This document shows positions 23,601 to 38,600 of a DNA stretch of 64,000 bases, piece by piece (within the stretch, counting starts at the first letter, position 1; every line of letters begins with the position of its first letter). Under the pieces are notes generated by a model. The model had not been told where the DNA came from, ran no database searches, and saw only the letters and a list, made by a program, of their open reading frames with translations. Position numbers and translations under genes: made by a program. The DNA comes from Antedon mediterranea. Lineage: Eukaryota > Animalia > Echinodermata. The stretch covers positions 14,370,795-14,434,794 of the forward strand of contig NC_092670.1 in assembly GCF_964355755.1 (NCBI RefSeq). The letters are read 5' to 3'.

Positions 23601-26600
23601 ATAATTAGCATATTTTAGATGTCATACTGGAATGACATTTTACCTTGACCCCAAAGACAAATCAAATATATTTTTTATAATCTTTGGGGTCATATTTATA
23701 TTTGTGTTCAATACATTCTTATACCAAATTCTTTATGGTTTAAGAGATAAATGGCATGTTTTAGATGTCATACTGGAATGACCTTTAACCTTGACCCCAA
23801 AAACAAATCAAATATATTATTCTGAATTTTTGGGGTCATGTTTATATTTGTGTTCAATACATTCTTATACCAAATTCTTTATGGTTTAAGAGATAATTTG
23901 GATCAAAGTTGTAAAATGGCAGCCATTTTTATTTTATGCAAATTAGGTAATTTATATTAATGGTCAGATCATGGTAGATTTTGGATATGATAATATCTAC
24001 ATATAGTTGAGCATGTTTCAGCAAAAAAACAAACTGTTGCAATTTGTTTGACTGAAAAGTCTATTTCCACTCATCTAATAATAAGATGTGCCAAGATTAT
24101 TATTTCTTTTTAAAGTATTATCTTCAGATTTCCTCTTCATTCTAATATGAATTTCAAATATTTATTATTGATGATTAATTTCAACATAACTTTACTAAAA
24201 TTAATACTACATTAATTATTTTGTAGATACCAGCTTTGTAGTAAAAAAAGTATAATGATTTGTTATGTAAGAAACATTTCTTCATATATTATAATCAAGA
24301 ATAAGACCATTACTCTTTGCTAAATTGTTTGCTAAATTCTACCAAAAATTGTATAGAGGTTGTAATTCTTGTATCTGTTTTGTTATTGAATAGATGATGA
24401 TGTTGATCCTGACATAGAATACCCACCTGATGGTATTACCAGGGAGATCTCCCTGGTATTACTAACCCCTTCCTTTTTGTATTATTAGATAATGAGGATC
24501 CAGTCTTGGGTTGTCCACCAAATATTAATACTACTACAGCAGATGGATCAAATCAAGCGTTCAATGTCAACTGGACTGATCCAACAGTAATTGACAATTC
24601 TGGTGCGAATATAACACTAACATCAAATTACAGTTCTGGAAGCAATGTATTTTACGATGGCAGCACTGATGTTATATATGATGCAGTTGATAGTTCGGGC
24701 AATGTAGCAACGTGTAAATTTACAGTTACTGTTACTGGTAAGCATAATCCAGCCTTGTTATTGTTTTAAGATTTAATGATGATCCCAATCTTTAATTAAA
24801 AACTTAAGACCTGGAATTGCACAGCTGAAGTGAGTTTTTGTTGTTAGCTATATTTAAGTTTGTAAATGTCATTGTATTTAATTGTTACTGTTTTTTTTAT
24901 TGTATAATTGTTTGTAATACATTTTATTTGTTACATTTTTTTTAATTCTTAGATATAGAGCCACCGCTTTTGATAAACTGCCCAAATGACATAGTTCTTG
25001 CAACTGATCTTGGCCTTCCAACCCTCAACTATAGCTGGATAGAACCAACAGCGACAGACAATGTTGATACGAGTCCTATGATTTCATCTGATATTGATGC
25101 TCCTTATGTATTCAATATCAGCGTATATGTTATCACGTTTACAGCTACAGATGATTCTGGCAACGAGGCAATGTGCAATTTTACATTAGAGGTCAAAGGT
25201 GATCAAATTGTTGTTCATGAAACAAAATAAAATCTTTTGTAAAATAATTACATTATTATCATTGCTTATTAGTATCTACAGTTTATTCTCCATCTTCTAC
25301 ATTATCATATACCCCTTTTTGTGTTTTTGTCATACATTACAAAAACTCTTATTTTATTATAGATAATGAGGCACCATCTTTCAATGGTACCTGCCCATCC
25401 AGCCCATTGAAAGTACCGACTGATCCTCCAGACGATGGAAGGCCATTTGGTGAAATGTTTGCAACCGTGACCTGGACAATTCCAACAGCAACTGACAATG
25501 TAGGTGTTGTGATGGTAACAAACAACACTTATCCAGGATCTCAAGTTTATTTCAATATATTAACTGAGTATGACCTGAATGTGACGTATGTAGCAGAAGA
25601 TGATGCAGGAAAGAGTGCGATATGTTCCTTTTTAGTCAAGGTTGTTGGTAAGGATTGATCGATTTAATTCTTTCATTTCACATGCTCACATTGAAATAAG
25701 GAACATGATAGATGATCGCTTGACTTCCAGCCAAACAAACATTTGTAAACTAAAATAATGGAACTAATTAAGTCACATACTTTCAAACTCTTGCCTGACC
25801 AACTTGAGCAATTGAATCTTATATTCCATCACTGTACATTAATAAGGTAATACTGAATGATTCTATTTCATTCGTAATTAACTTTACTATAAAAAGTAAA
25901 GAAGCTTGTCAAACAATACGTAGCCATTACCAAAGTCAACAGGTAGCAAAGCAGGGGGTCAGGGAGATTCTCACTAACATGTGGTTTACAAACAATAATG
26001 ATACGGAACCTAATTGAACAAGAACTCACAGCATAACCAAGATGTTAGACGATCTACTCACTAAACAATTAACATCCATAATAAATGAAATTAAAAGGGG
26101 AATTGATGAAATAGATACCAATTTTGTAATCTTCGTAAAACGAATATGGATCTAGAAGAAAAGCTTACGGACTTGTTGACAACCTCGAACAATATTGCCG
26201 TAGAAACAACCTACAAGTTTTCTGAATAAAAGAACAAAACAGCAAAACTTTATTCTTTGGTGTTAATATTCAGGAAAACCTGAAATGGGATATCCGTCTG
26301 TTCTAAAAATATTCCAAATACCATAAACAAACGTATCCTTCTTTTACTCTACTATTCCCTAATTACCTCATTTACTTTACTGCAATGTTATATGGGCCTC
26401 TGACTATTCCGTGTAATGTCAATAAAATTAAGTTACTACTGAAATGTATTATACAATCTTTTATTTAAACAAATGACACTATTACAATTTTTTCCAGGTT
26501 CCATCTTTTATGTTCCAATTGTTTCATAGGAGTCAAGTCAAAGGAACCCTCATATAATTTACATAGCAATTCTTGCAATTTTAATGTATATATTTCTTTA

Positions 26601-29600
26601 TTCGATTACGTATCTCTGCTTATCTTATCTCTGTCTCAGGACCCTGATTATGGAACAACTATTTTTTCTTATAGCAGTTCCTCTTAAAAGCAGTAATTTA
26701 TTTTAATATTCTATGTATAGTTTTATATTGTTATATAATAATTATTTACTATTATTATATCTATGTATGTGTTCATTCTTATACGTCAAAGTTATTGTTT
26801 TATCTGTATTTTTATATATAAGGTCTAATAAAAAATCTGTTTCTTCTGATTTTGACCTTATTTGCCGTTTTATTTGCAACTCATTATTATTTTGTATTTG
26901 CCTTAATTTTACCGTATTGAATTAAATTGTGCTGTCAATATCTTCTTAATAAACAATATTTATTCACTGATATAATTTATTACAGATGAAGAACCTCCCA
27001 TCTTCTTTGGCTGTGATAACTCAACTGTTTATATCAACAATACTGAAGGTGACAGCTTTGCACCATATGAATTTCTACTTGCACCTTCAGCTGACAACAT
27101 TGAAGTAGATGCAGATAGGTCCACTGCAAGTATGTCTTCAGGTCAAGATTTTCCAATAGGAGTTAATTATATTACTTACATCATGTATGATACATCTGGA
27201 AACCAAAACAGTTGTAACTTTACCCTTGTGGTTGTAGGTATGTAGTTTCTGTTACTGCTTTTATTTCAATATTGTTGACAATTGTTAAATCTCTTTCAAA
27301 AAATGAAAGATTAGACATTGACATTTATGAGTTCAACGTTTTAAAATGGGCATTTGTATCAGAATTTTGATTAAAGAAGAACATAACTGCAAATTCATAT
27401 AAAATTATTCGTAACAGACTTGTATTTTAATAAATAAGAAAGAACAATGTATATTGGCATTTTTGTCTTTGTTATCTGATTGACAACGCACAGTACAGTA
27501 ATTACCATAAGCTGCCCCAGTGTCATTCTTCTTTTGCCTGTGATATTGCCTTTCAAAGAGTTCCACGTATTTGAGAAATATCTAAGAAAATTTACTTTTA
27601 TATACATCATACAACTCTGTCAATATTATTTTTTAGAAGATTCACATATACATATATTGAATTTTTGAATTTAGCATCTATTGGGGTTTAAGAAAAAAAA
27701 AATACTAACATGTCTGTATCAGTATTATTCAGAATAAAAGTAATTTTATTTTCTATGTCTATTTATCCTAACTTTATAAAATCATATTTAGATAAAGCAT
27801 TGCATAAGATAATAATACGAAATCATTTTTTAAGACAAGTTGTTTTTAATTTTACCTGATTTGATAGCTAATTATAACCTGAAAATACTATTTTTTACTT
27901 TTACATGGCCTATTTACTCCTTTCTTTTGTCAGACATCGAAGATCCAGTTATTGAAAATTGTTCAAACAATATCATAAATGAAACAGATGTTGGAAAAAA
28001 TTACACTAATATTACCTGGACTCCGGCGCCTACAGCTACAGATAATGATGCTGTTGTAAGTTTTGATGGAACACATGATTCAGGAGATTTATTCTATATT
28101 GGTGTTACAACTGTTAACTATACAGCAGTCGACCCATCAGGAAATATTGCTGTGTGTATTTTCAATGTTACGATAGAAGGTAAGAACAGTTTTATTGTAA
28201 ATGTTATGTATTTTATTATTGTATAAACTAAATTTAACAACGATATTCGAATTCTGTAATTAGAGTTTACTTTTATGTATAATTTTTATTTATACAGATA
28301 AGGAGTCTCCTACCTTGAACTGTTTGTCCAATGTGCAATCTTGTGCAATCTCGCTTGCAATTTTAATTTCTAACCTTTGTGCAATATGTTATTTTCAAGT
28401 AATCTTTTCCATTCTTTCTAAACAGATGAAGAAGACCCTGTGATAACAGGCTGTCCAATGAACATTGTTTTGAATACTACAAGTATGTTACCATTCACTA
28501 ATGCTACTTGGATGACTCCAAATGCTACAGATAATTCAGGCAATGTTACATTAGTCTCTACACATAACCCTGGTGATGGCTTTGCAGCAACAACATCTCA
28601 GGTTACTTACACAGCAACTGATCCGTATGGAAACAAAGACATCTGTACATTTAATGTTACTGTAGTTGGTAAGATTAACGTTTAATTTGTATTAAACAAT
28701 TATTGTAAAACATGTTAATGAATTTACAAAGTTTCTTAACAAAAATATTACCTTTCATAAAAAGAAAGATATAAACTGAATTATACAAAATGTACTTTAG
28801 ATAATACATTTTTTATTCAATTTGTTAAACAGATGCTGAGTCTCCTACCTTGAACTGTGTGTCCAATGTGACTGTGCACACCGATTTAAATTCAGCAACA
28901 GCTAATGTATCTTGGCCAATACCAGAAACAACAGACAACAGTGGGATAGAACCTACATTAACCTCTAACTATGAACCATATACACTGTTTAATATTGGAA
29001 CAACTCTAGTAATGTACACATCAACAGATGCATCAGATAATGTGCAAACTTGTATGTTTAATGTAACTGTAATTGGTAAGTACAATTGATAGGTATAAAT
29101 ATTACAACTACTAAAATGTAAAAAAAAGATAAACTTTCTTATTTGGTATAGTAGGGTGGCCAATGTGAGCTTTTCCATCATGGGGTTGGGTGGGGGGGGG
29201 GGCCTTTTGTTTTAATAGCAGGCAACCATGTGGAATATATCCCTTATGGGATGACAAAAAGATGAGGGTGTGGATACCACTCTCAAATTTAAGGTGAAAT
29301 GTTATTTTTAAGGTTGTAAGATCAAATATGGTAAAATAGAGGATTAAGTTGTTTTCAACAACGTATAAGCTAATTAAAAGAAATGTAACCATTATTGTAT
29401 CATTATTGAAATATTGTGGTAGATGGTCAAGTTCATCAATTTTTCAACTTCAAAGTTTAAAGGTCATTTTCAAGGTCATCAGGTCAAATAGAGCACAAAC
29501 CTGTTAATTATCAGTATTGATTGATTTTCATGATAGCCTGAGGCTGATGGTTATAGGAGGTTGCTATTGGAGTTACAAAGTGCACATTATACATCAACTT

Positions 29601-32600
29601 TTCATGTATAATTGCATAAGCTTCTTTGTGATTGACATAGAAGAATGTCTGAAAACTTTGTCATATTTGTTCTCGTCCAAACCGATGAATGTGGCCCAAA
29701 ACACATATGGAAGTACAGATTAGTACATTGGGACTATCCTTTCAATCATGTCACTGCTTTTATCAACCCCTTTCCAGTGTAATGATCAAATACAACAAAA
29801 TGATGAAATATCTAGGTAACTTGCATACATACATACTTGCATAGTCACCAAATGTTTGACAGCCATGCTGAGTATTTACAACTCACTGATCCTATAATGC
29901 ATAACAATCATGTTTAAAAGTTTTCTTCTGGAACATCTGTGGGTATTTCAACGCCATCCATCAAGATATGTGAAGTCAGATTTGGTTAAAGATATTAAAA
30001 TTATACTCCAATGGTTGGTCAACAGATTTTCTGTCAATACAATACAATACAATTTAATGGAATCACTTGTGTAACAGTGGCACACGTTAGGCAATACCTA
30101 ACGGTGCATCCAAAGCAAAATTAAAAAGAAAAAGCAAAATAACATGACGAATAAGAGATCTAGTCTCACTGAATAAGTAGTTCAACTACTATACTTAGAT
30201 AATAATAAAGTTCTTTGGTACAAATTAAAAGCAATTAATATACAGTTTATATATAAAAAAAACCAATTTAAACATTATTTGCAGGGTTATTAAAAATTTC
30301 GGTTCGTTTTTTCAAAGAATCTTTTAAATATATCTTATAAAACTTTTCAAAAATTGAACCAAGTGTGGCATTCTCAGAAAATAAATCATCAAGTAAATAG
30401 TGAAGTTTTAGGTCAACAGAACAATTTGTAAATATGTCCCAGTACTCTAGTAGATTGTTTTCATAATTTACAACTACCATTAACATTCTCGTGCCAACCA
30501 ATCTTTAGACCTAGCTTTAAATTTTTAATTTACTCCTTTAAAGTCAATTTTGTCGTCCAAGTATTTTTCGAATGATGATTTATCTTTATACATTAAATAA
30601 TTGTTCAATGTTGATTTCTTTTGGGCTCTTTCGAACCATTCTTGATCATCATTATTACAATTTACTGGCATAAAATTTAATGAAAGGTCAACTAATGGAT
30701 CTATATTAAAATAATTACACAGATTGTATTTTGAAAGCCACTTCCATTTCAGATGATTTTGATTTTGCATGATTGCTTTGAAGAGTAGACGTGGCCACCT
30801 ATCATCATCTAAGTTCTTCAACCGTTGGAAATATTTTATTCTAAAGTTGTTATGTATAGTGGCAAGTGAGTACCATCCTAGGCCACCATAGAGAGCTTCT
30901 TTAGCTGTATTTCTAGGTGCTTTTAGAATTATCCTTGCCATTTGATACTGAAGGTTTTCTATTTTTTCAGATTTCCCTCCACTTAACCAAACGCAGCATC
31001 CATAATTGATAGTGGGCAAGCCAATCACTCTCCAAAGCAAATCACCAAAATAAACTCTATTAAAATCATCTTGGTTGTAAATTATAGATTTTATGTATGC
31101 AATTATCCTATTACCTTTCTATAGGACTTCCTCAACATGTTGTGAATCGGTGTTTACGTTAGAGATGTAGATCCCAAGATATTTATAAGAATTAGTTTCC
31201 GTAATGTAGTTTGTTTGTCCGTTGTCCGGTGATGAGGACATTGGATTTGTTAAAATTAAAAGCAAGCTTCCACTTTCTGGAAAATTTACTTGCTGTTTGA
31301 AGAAGAAGGTTCAATTCTCTTTCGTCATCACCGATTAACACTACATCGTCAGCCCAAAAGAGAGCTCCAATTCTAATATCAAATATGTTTACTCCAAGGT
31401 CTTTGGTACGTATCATTGTTTGGGAGTTCATTTATAAAGATGGAAAATAAAATTGGGGATAGTAAACACCCTTGTTTTACACCTTCTTCTACACCTTCTT
31501 CAATGTTAAAAAGTCATTTTCAATATCACCAAACCTAACTTTACCTTTTACATTCATATAAAGATTCTTAATAATTTCGAGCATATTACCCTTAATAACT
31601 ATTCTCTTTACAGCTGAAAAAGTCCATCTCTCCAAACAGTTTCAAATGCTTTTTTTTAAATCCAAAAAAAGTGAGAAATGTTTTTTTTTCTTCTGATTGT
31701 CTTGCATTTATAATGCTCTTAAGTGTGAAGATGTGATCTCCACATCTTCTTTCTGCCATAAAACCACCCTGATCTTTGCTCAAGAGGTTGAATTCTTCAA
31801 TGAAGTTTGACACTGTTTAGGAGATGATACGTTTATAAACTTTAGCAACACATGAGTTGAGCGTGATACCCCTGTAGTTGTTTAGATCTCTAGGATCACC
31901 TTTTTTTAAGAGCGGAATTATTGTACCCATGTTCCAATCATTTGGGATAGTTTTAAGTTCACATAACCTCTTAAATAGATTAAACAGTGAATTTGTAAGA
32001 GCATGACCTCCATTTTTTAACATTTCATTTGTTATCGTATCTAAGCCTGGACTTTTGTTGTTTTTGCAATGTTTGATTGCATTGGCATCGTCATCGAAAG
32101 TGTTGTCAGTTGTTTTGATATACTATATCGAAACAGTTGCCTTATAGAAATCCGCAAGGATTAGAGCGATGCTTCTCAATCTCAGGGAAGTTATAAGCTT
32201 TTTTATTTCTTTCAATAATTGGTTACTTTAAATGTAAGATCTTCCTTATCATCTGTCAGGTCGAAAGAATATTGTGTATTCTGTGTAATTTGTAATCAGT
32301 CTGACCAGTCATGCAGAACCTATCACTGAATTACAGCATTTCTTGTTATACCAATGTTTCTATTTTGAATCTATCGATCATCCACTCAGTGTTTAAAATA
32401 TATATTTGGTTCTGATTAGTTTAGATAGGTAAACTTGTATACCCTTTTAACCTCATTTCTACAACGAATCCAATCGGTTTTTAAATGTGTTTGTGGTTTC
32501 AGAAATGACGACTTTGGTTGGCAAACTATTCCAATATATAAATACTCATTGTAAAAAAGTGGATCAGTCCTTTGTGAAATTTAGGTTTGAAAAGTCTTTA

Positions 32601-35600
32601 AAGCTGATGTCCTCGTGTATTTCTGCTTACATTGCATCTCATTTGAAGGAAGTCTTCCTTGGTTACATACACCCTCGAAACCTTTTGACCATTTTGAATG
32701 TTTCAATCAAGTCACCATGAATTTGTCTGTCGTACAGGGTTGTTAGGCCACGAAACTTTTAACAATCTTAGTATGAATAATAATGGATAGCTGTAATTAG
32801 TTTAGACTCACGACGTTGTCCTCTTACAAGTGTGTTTACTAGTCTTTTTTGGAGATATGGATTCCATACCGGGACACAGAATTTGAGGTGTGGGTGAACG
32901 TAATGTTTGTAAATAACGTTAAAAACCAACCAACCATGTGCATAAAGGACCTCTTAATTTACCTCCGGCAAGAAGGTATATGTAATCGATTGCGTGTGTT
33001 TGTTTGTTTGTTAGCAGGATTACTCAAACAGTAATTACAAGATCTTTCCCAAAATAAAAATACAGATTGATATGTGGTTAAGGACCACTCCATTAAATTT
33101 TGGAGGCAATCCGGACCACGATCCCAATTCTGGACCACTTTTAAACATTATTTTCAGACTTGCTAGTGTGAAAAGATAGGAAAGAAATTTCAAAAGCCGG
33201 TGAGCAGTCTTAAAGTAACAAGTAAACTAAAATGTTATTTTCTCAAGAACTACTTGTCCAAAAAAAGGCAAGAATTATATTTTTGGATTTGTAATTTAAA
33301 AACATAATTAGATTTAATGTACAATTTTTTTTGTTGCAAGTAGTTTAAAGACCCTATTCTGTTCTATTGTTAGTCGGCTGAAGCTATTTTTAGTTGAAAG
33401 GCGGGATGCATAACCTTTACACCAAACTCGCATACACATGCTTGTAGTGAAATTAGCCTAAATCACACACAGCATTAAGACACACACTTTCTGGTGACTA
33501 AATCTGATGTAGAAGAATTTTACAGTAGGCGAAGGTATGCCCTCTCGGAGTGGCTTTCTAGTTACTTAAGGAGTTTCATATCTGTTATCACCATCGGCCA
33601 AGATAGCATAGATTCGAAGGCCTCAAGAAGGAGAACCCATTTACCATTCCTTCCGACCTTGATAAAGTCCAATAGTTAGGATTTTTTAAAACAAAGACTC
33701 CATATTCAGGTTTCTCTTTCGAGATTTCTTGAAACACAAACTTCAACAAAAACTTGTATCATTGAAAAAATGAAAAAAAAAAAAATGTTTAAATAATGAC
33801 ATTACTATTGTAAGTAATATTAATAATATTATAGTAAAAGACCATCTTATACACATATAGTGTTCCATACACATAATACTTGACCTATTTTTTTACAAAA
33901 AAGATTATTAAATTAACAACAGACTGGGGAAAGCCTATTATAAAACTGTATGCACTTTACAGAAGTATGTGAAAACAATATTTTGAGAAAATGACACTTT
34001 TTGTATTTAATTTCCTATGTTTTTATGTGTAAAATAAAATGTTTGTCTCATAATTACTATAATATGAAACATCAGTTGATCTTCAAAAATACTTTTTTTT
34101 TGGATAGATCTGATGATGTAGATGATTTTTCGTGATTTAAATAAAAATCTTATATTTTGACCTTGTTTGACCTCTTGGACACATAAACTTACCTTAAAAA
34201 CCAAAACTGAAGATGGCATCTACCCCTATCGTTTTTGTCACCCCACAAAGGGTACATTCAACACGGTTGCCTGCTATTAACAAAAAATGCCCCCAAAACT
34301 TTTTATAGAGGACTTTTGTGTATTTGGCCTCTCTACTAGTATTTCTATAATCTATTAATAATAAAATATTTTTAGATAATTTTAATGATTTTCAGTAAAA
34401 AAGTTTTCATGGAATTGGTTATAAATAAATATTTTGCATAAGAATGCAAACAATCGACCAACCTCATACCTTCTCACTTGCAATTTTAATATTCTTACCT
34501 TTGTGCAATATGTTATTTTCAATTAATCTTTTCCATTTTTTCTAAACAGATGAAGAAGACCCTGTGATAACAGGCTGTCCAATGAACATTGTTTTGAATA
34601 CTACAAGTATGTTACCATTCACTAATGCTACTTGGATGACTCCAAATGCTACAGATAATTCAGGCAATGTTACATTAGTCTCTACACATAACCCTGGTGA
34701 TGGTTTTGCAGAAACAACAACTCAGGTTACTTATACAGCAACTGATTCGTATGGAAACAAAGACATCTGTACATTTAATGTTACTGTAATTGGTAAGATT
34801 AATGTTTAATCTGTATTAAACAATTACTATAAAACATGTTAATGTTTTTACACAGTTTCTTTAAAAAATAATACTTTTAAAGAGAAAGATAAACTGCATT
34901 ACAAAATGTACTTAGATAATGTATTTTTTTCAACAGATACCGAGTCTCCTACTTTGGACTGTGTGTCCAATGTGACTGTGTACACCGATTTAAATTCAGC
35001 AACAGCTAATGTGTCCTGGCCAATACCAGAAACAACAGACAACAGTGGGTTAGAACCTACATTAACCTCTAACTATGAACCCTATACACTGTTTGATATT
35101 GGAACAACTCTAGTAATGTACACATCAACAGATGCATCAAATAATATGCAAAGTTGCATGTTTAATGTAACTGTAATTGGTAAGTACGATTAATAGGTAT
35201 ACATATTACAACTACTAAAACATAAACAAAATGATAAACTTTTTATTTAGTATTTCTTTAATCTATTACAGATAATGAAGATCCACTATTTGATTGCCCC
35301 AGTGGCAACATTACGGCATATACAGATGAGTCCCAATCATACTCAACTGTGTATTGGAATGTGTCAGTTACTGATAATTCAGGTAATGTTACATATAATT
35401 GTACAAGGGAATCTGGTGACCAGTTTGATGCTGTTTGGCCAATTATACAACACAATGTAAGCTGCATAGCACAGGATCTATCTGGAAATGACGCATCTTG
35501 CTTTTTCTCTGTAACTGTTGATGGTGAGTTTATATACTTTCTATTATATTGATTTTTGTGTACAAAATGTTTTTTATTTTTGAATCGTATGTCTACAGTA

Positions 35601-38600
35601 TACAAAAACACTACAACAAAATAACTGATTCTCATTAGTTTATTGTTTTATTATTGCAACTAAATAAACATGATCTTGTTTGGATAATACATTGGTTGGT
35701 TTAAACATTCAACTGTTATTATTAAAGAGTTCAATAAAATTTTAATTTTTTTTTTCTTATAGATAATGAAAATCCAAATATAACATGTCCCAGTGACTTC
35801 AATGTGACAACAAGCAATGGACAACCAACAGCTTGGATTCAATGGAATGTTGAATACACAGACAACACAGAATCTTTATATAATCTCAGCCTAACAGGAT
35901 CAGGTCCAAGTTATAATCAATCTGGTGAAAACTTTCCAATTGGAACAACAATACTTGAATATATTGTAACTGATGCATTTGGAAACAGTGTTAACTGTAC
36001 ATTTTATGTCACTGTACGAGGTGAATATTAGTTATGTAAAGTATTTTTAGATAATTTTAATGATTTTCAGTAAAAAAGTTTTCATGGAATTCGGTATAAA
36101 TAAACATCTTGTCTAAGAATACAAACAAGCCACAAACATCATACCGTCTCACTTGCAATTTTAATTTCTTACCTTTGTGCAATATTTTATTTTCAAGTAA
36201 TCTTTTCCATTCTTTCTAAACAGATGAAGAAGATCCTGTGATATCGAGCTGTCCAATGAACATTGTTTTGAATACTACAAGTATGTTACCATTCACTAAT
36301 GCTACTTGGATGACTCCAAATGCTACAGATAATTCAGGCAATGTTACCTTAATCTCTACACATAACCCTGGTGATGGTTTTGCAGCAACAACAACTCAAG
36401 TTACTTACACAGCAACTGATCCGTATGGAAACAAAGACATCTGTACATTCAATGTTACTGTAATTGGTAAGATTTAACATTTTGTATTTAACAATTACTA
36501 TAAAACATGTTAATGTATTTAAATTTCTTTAAACAATAGAACTTTTCATAAAGAGAAAGATAAACTGCATTACAAATTTATTCTTTCAATTTATTAAACA
36601 GATGCTGAGACTCCTACTTTGAACTGTGTGTCCAATGTGACTGTGTACACCGATTTAAATTCAGCAACAGCTAATGTGTCCTGGCCAATACCAGAAACAA
36701 CAGACAACATAGGGTTAGAACCTACATTAACCTCTAACTATGAACCCTATACACTGTTTGATATTGGAACAACTCTAGTAATGTACACATCAACAGATGC
36801 ATCAACTAATATGCAAAGTTGCATGTTTAATGTAACTGTAATTGGTAAGTACGATTAATAGGTATACATATTACAACTACTAAAACATAAACAAAATGAT
36901 AAACTTTCTTATTTGGTATTTCTTAATCTATTACAGATAATGAAGATCCAATATTTGATTGCCCCAGTGGCAACATTATGGCATATACAGATGAGTCCCA
37001 ATCATACTCAACTGTGTATTGGAATGTGTCAGTTACTGATAATTCAGGTAATGTTACATATAATTGTACAAGGGAATCTGGTGACCAGTTTGAAGGTGTT
37101 TGGCCAATTATACAACACAATGTAAGCTGCATAGCACAGGATCCATTTGGAAATGATGAATTTTGCTTTTTCTCTGTAACTGTTGATGGTGAGTTATTAT
37201 GATTTTATTGTATAGAGCTGTGTGTACAAATGTTTATTTTTTGAAATCTTAAGTTTACAGTAAACAGTAACAATAAATTACAACAAATAACATATTCTCA
37301 TTAGTTTATTCTTTGATTATTGCAATTCAATATGAATACACACAGTATGTTATATCATACCTGGCATACTACTATTTCATCAGATTTCAATCACTCTTGA
37401 GTAAAACCTACGCTAATTATTAAAATTAAGAATCTTGTTTAACACATTCAAAGTTAAATATTAAAGAAATTAATAAAAATTGTAATTTTGTTTTTCTTAT
37501 AGATAATGAAAATCCAAATATAACATGTCCAAGTGACTTCAATGTGACAACAGACAATGGACAACCAACAGCTTGGATTCAATGGGATGTTGAATACACA
37601 GACAACACAGAATCTTTATATGATCTCAGCCTAACAGGATCAGGTTCAAGTTATAATCAATCTGGTGAAAACTTTCCAATTGGAACAACAATACTTGAAT
37701 ATATTGTAACTGATGCATTTGGAAACAGTGTTAACTGTACATTTTATGTCACTGTACGAGGTGAAAATTAGTTATGTAAAATATTTTTAGATAATTTTAA
37801 TGATTTTCAGTAAAAAAGTTTTCATGGAATTCGGTATAAATAAACATCTTGTCTAAGAATACAAACAAGCCACAAACATCATACCGTCTCACTTGCAATT
37901 TTAATTTCTTACCTTTGTGCAATATTTTATTTTCAAGTAATCTTTTCCATTCTTTCTAAACAGATGAAGAAGATCCTGTGTTATCGAGCTGTCCAATGAA
38001 CATTGTTTTGAATACTACAAGTATGTTACCATTCACTAATGCCACTTGGATGACTCCAAATGCTACAGATAATTCAGGCAATGTTACCTTAATCTCTACA
38101 CATAACCCTGGTGATGGTTTTGCAGCAACAACAACTCAAGTTACTTACACAGCAACTGATCCGTATGGAAACAAAGACATCTGTACATTCAATGTTACTG
38201 TAATTGGTAAGATTTAACATTTTGTATTTAACAATTACTATAAAACATGTTAATGTATTTAAATTTCTTTAAACAATAGAACTTTTCATAAAGAGAAAGA
38301 TAAACTGCATTACAAATTTATTTTTTCAATTTATTAAACAGATGCTGAGACTCCTACTTTGAACTGTGTGTCCAATGTGACTGTGTACACCGATTTAAAT
38401 TCAGCAACAGCTAATGTGTCCTGGCCAATACCAGAAACAACAGACAACAGTGGGTTAGAACCTACATTAACCTCTAACTATGAACCCTATACACTGTTTG
38501 ATATTGGAACAACTCTAGTAATGTACACATCAACAGATGCATCAACTAATATGCAAAGTTGCATGTTTAATGTAACTGTAATTGGTAAGTACGATTAATA

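Larger units (their letters stand above)
17371..24077. mobile_element. Large TIR element with tandem subterminal repeats (Academ-like, left end truncated)
   Basis: 17371-17630 is the reverse complement of part of the 23500-23905 repeats; right end ...CCACTCATCTA with an AAAATGGCAGCCATTTT motif. Confidence 0.55.
29149..34338 (-). mobile_element. Academ DNA transposon (degraded) with nested insertions
   Basis: TIRs TAGTAGGGTGGCCAA / TTGGCCTCTCTACTA with shared TTAATAGCAGGCAACC; 3-bp TSD GTA confirmed by the empty site ATTTG-GTA-TTTC at ~36911; transposase-like peptide LLDFIKVGRNGKWVLLLEAFESML on - strand ~33605-33680. Confidence 0.85.
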
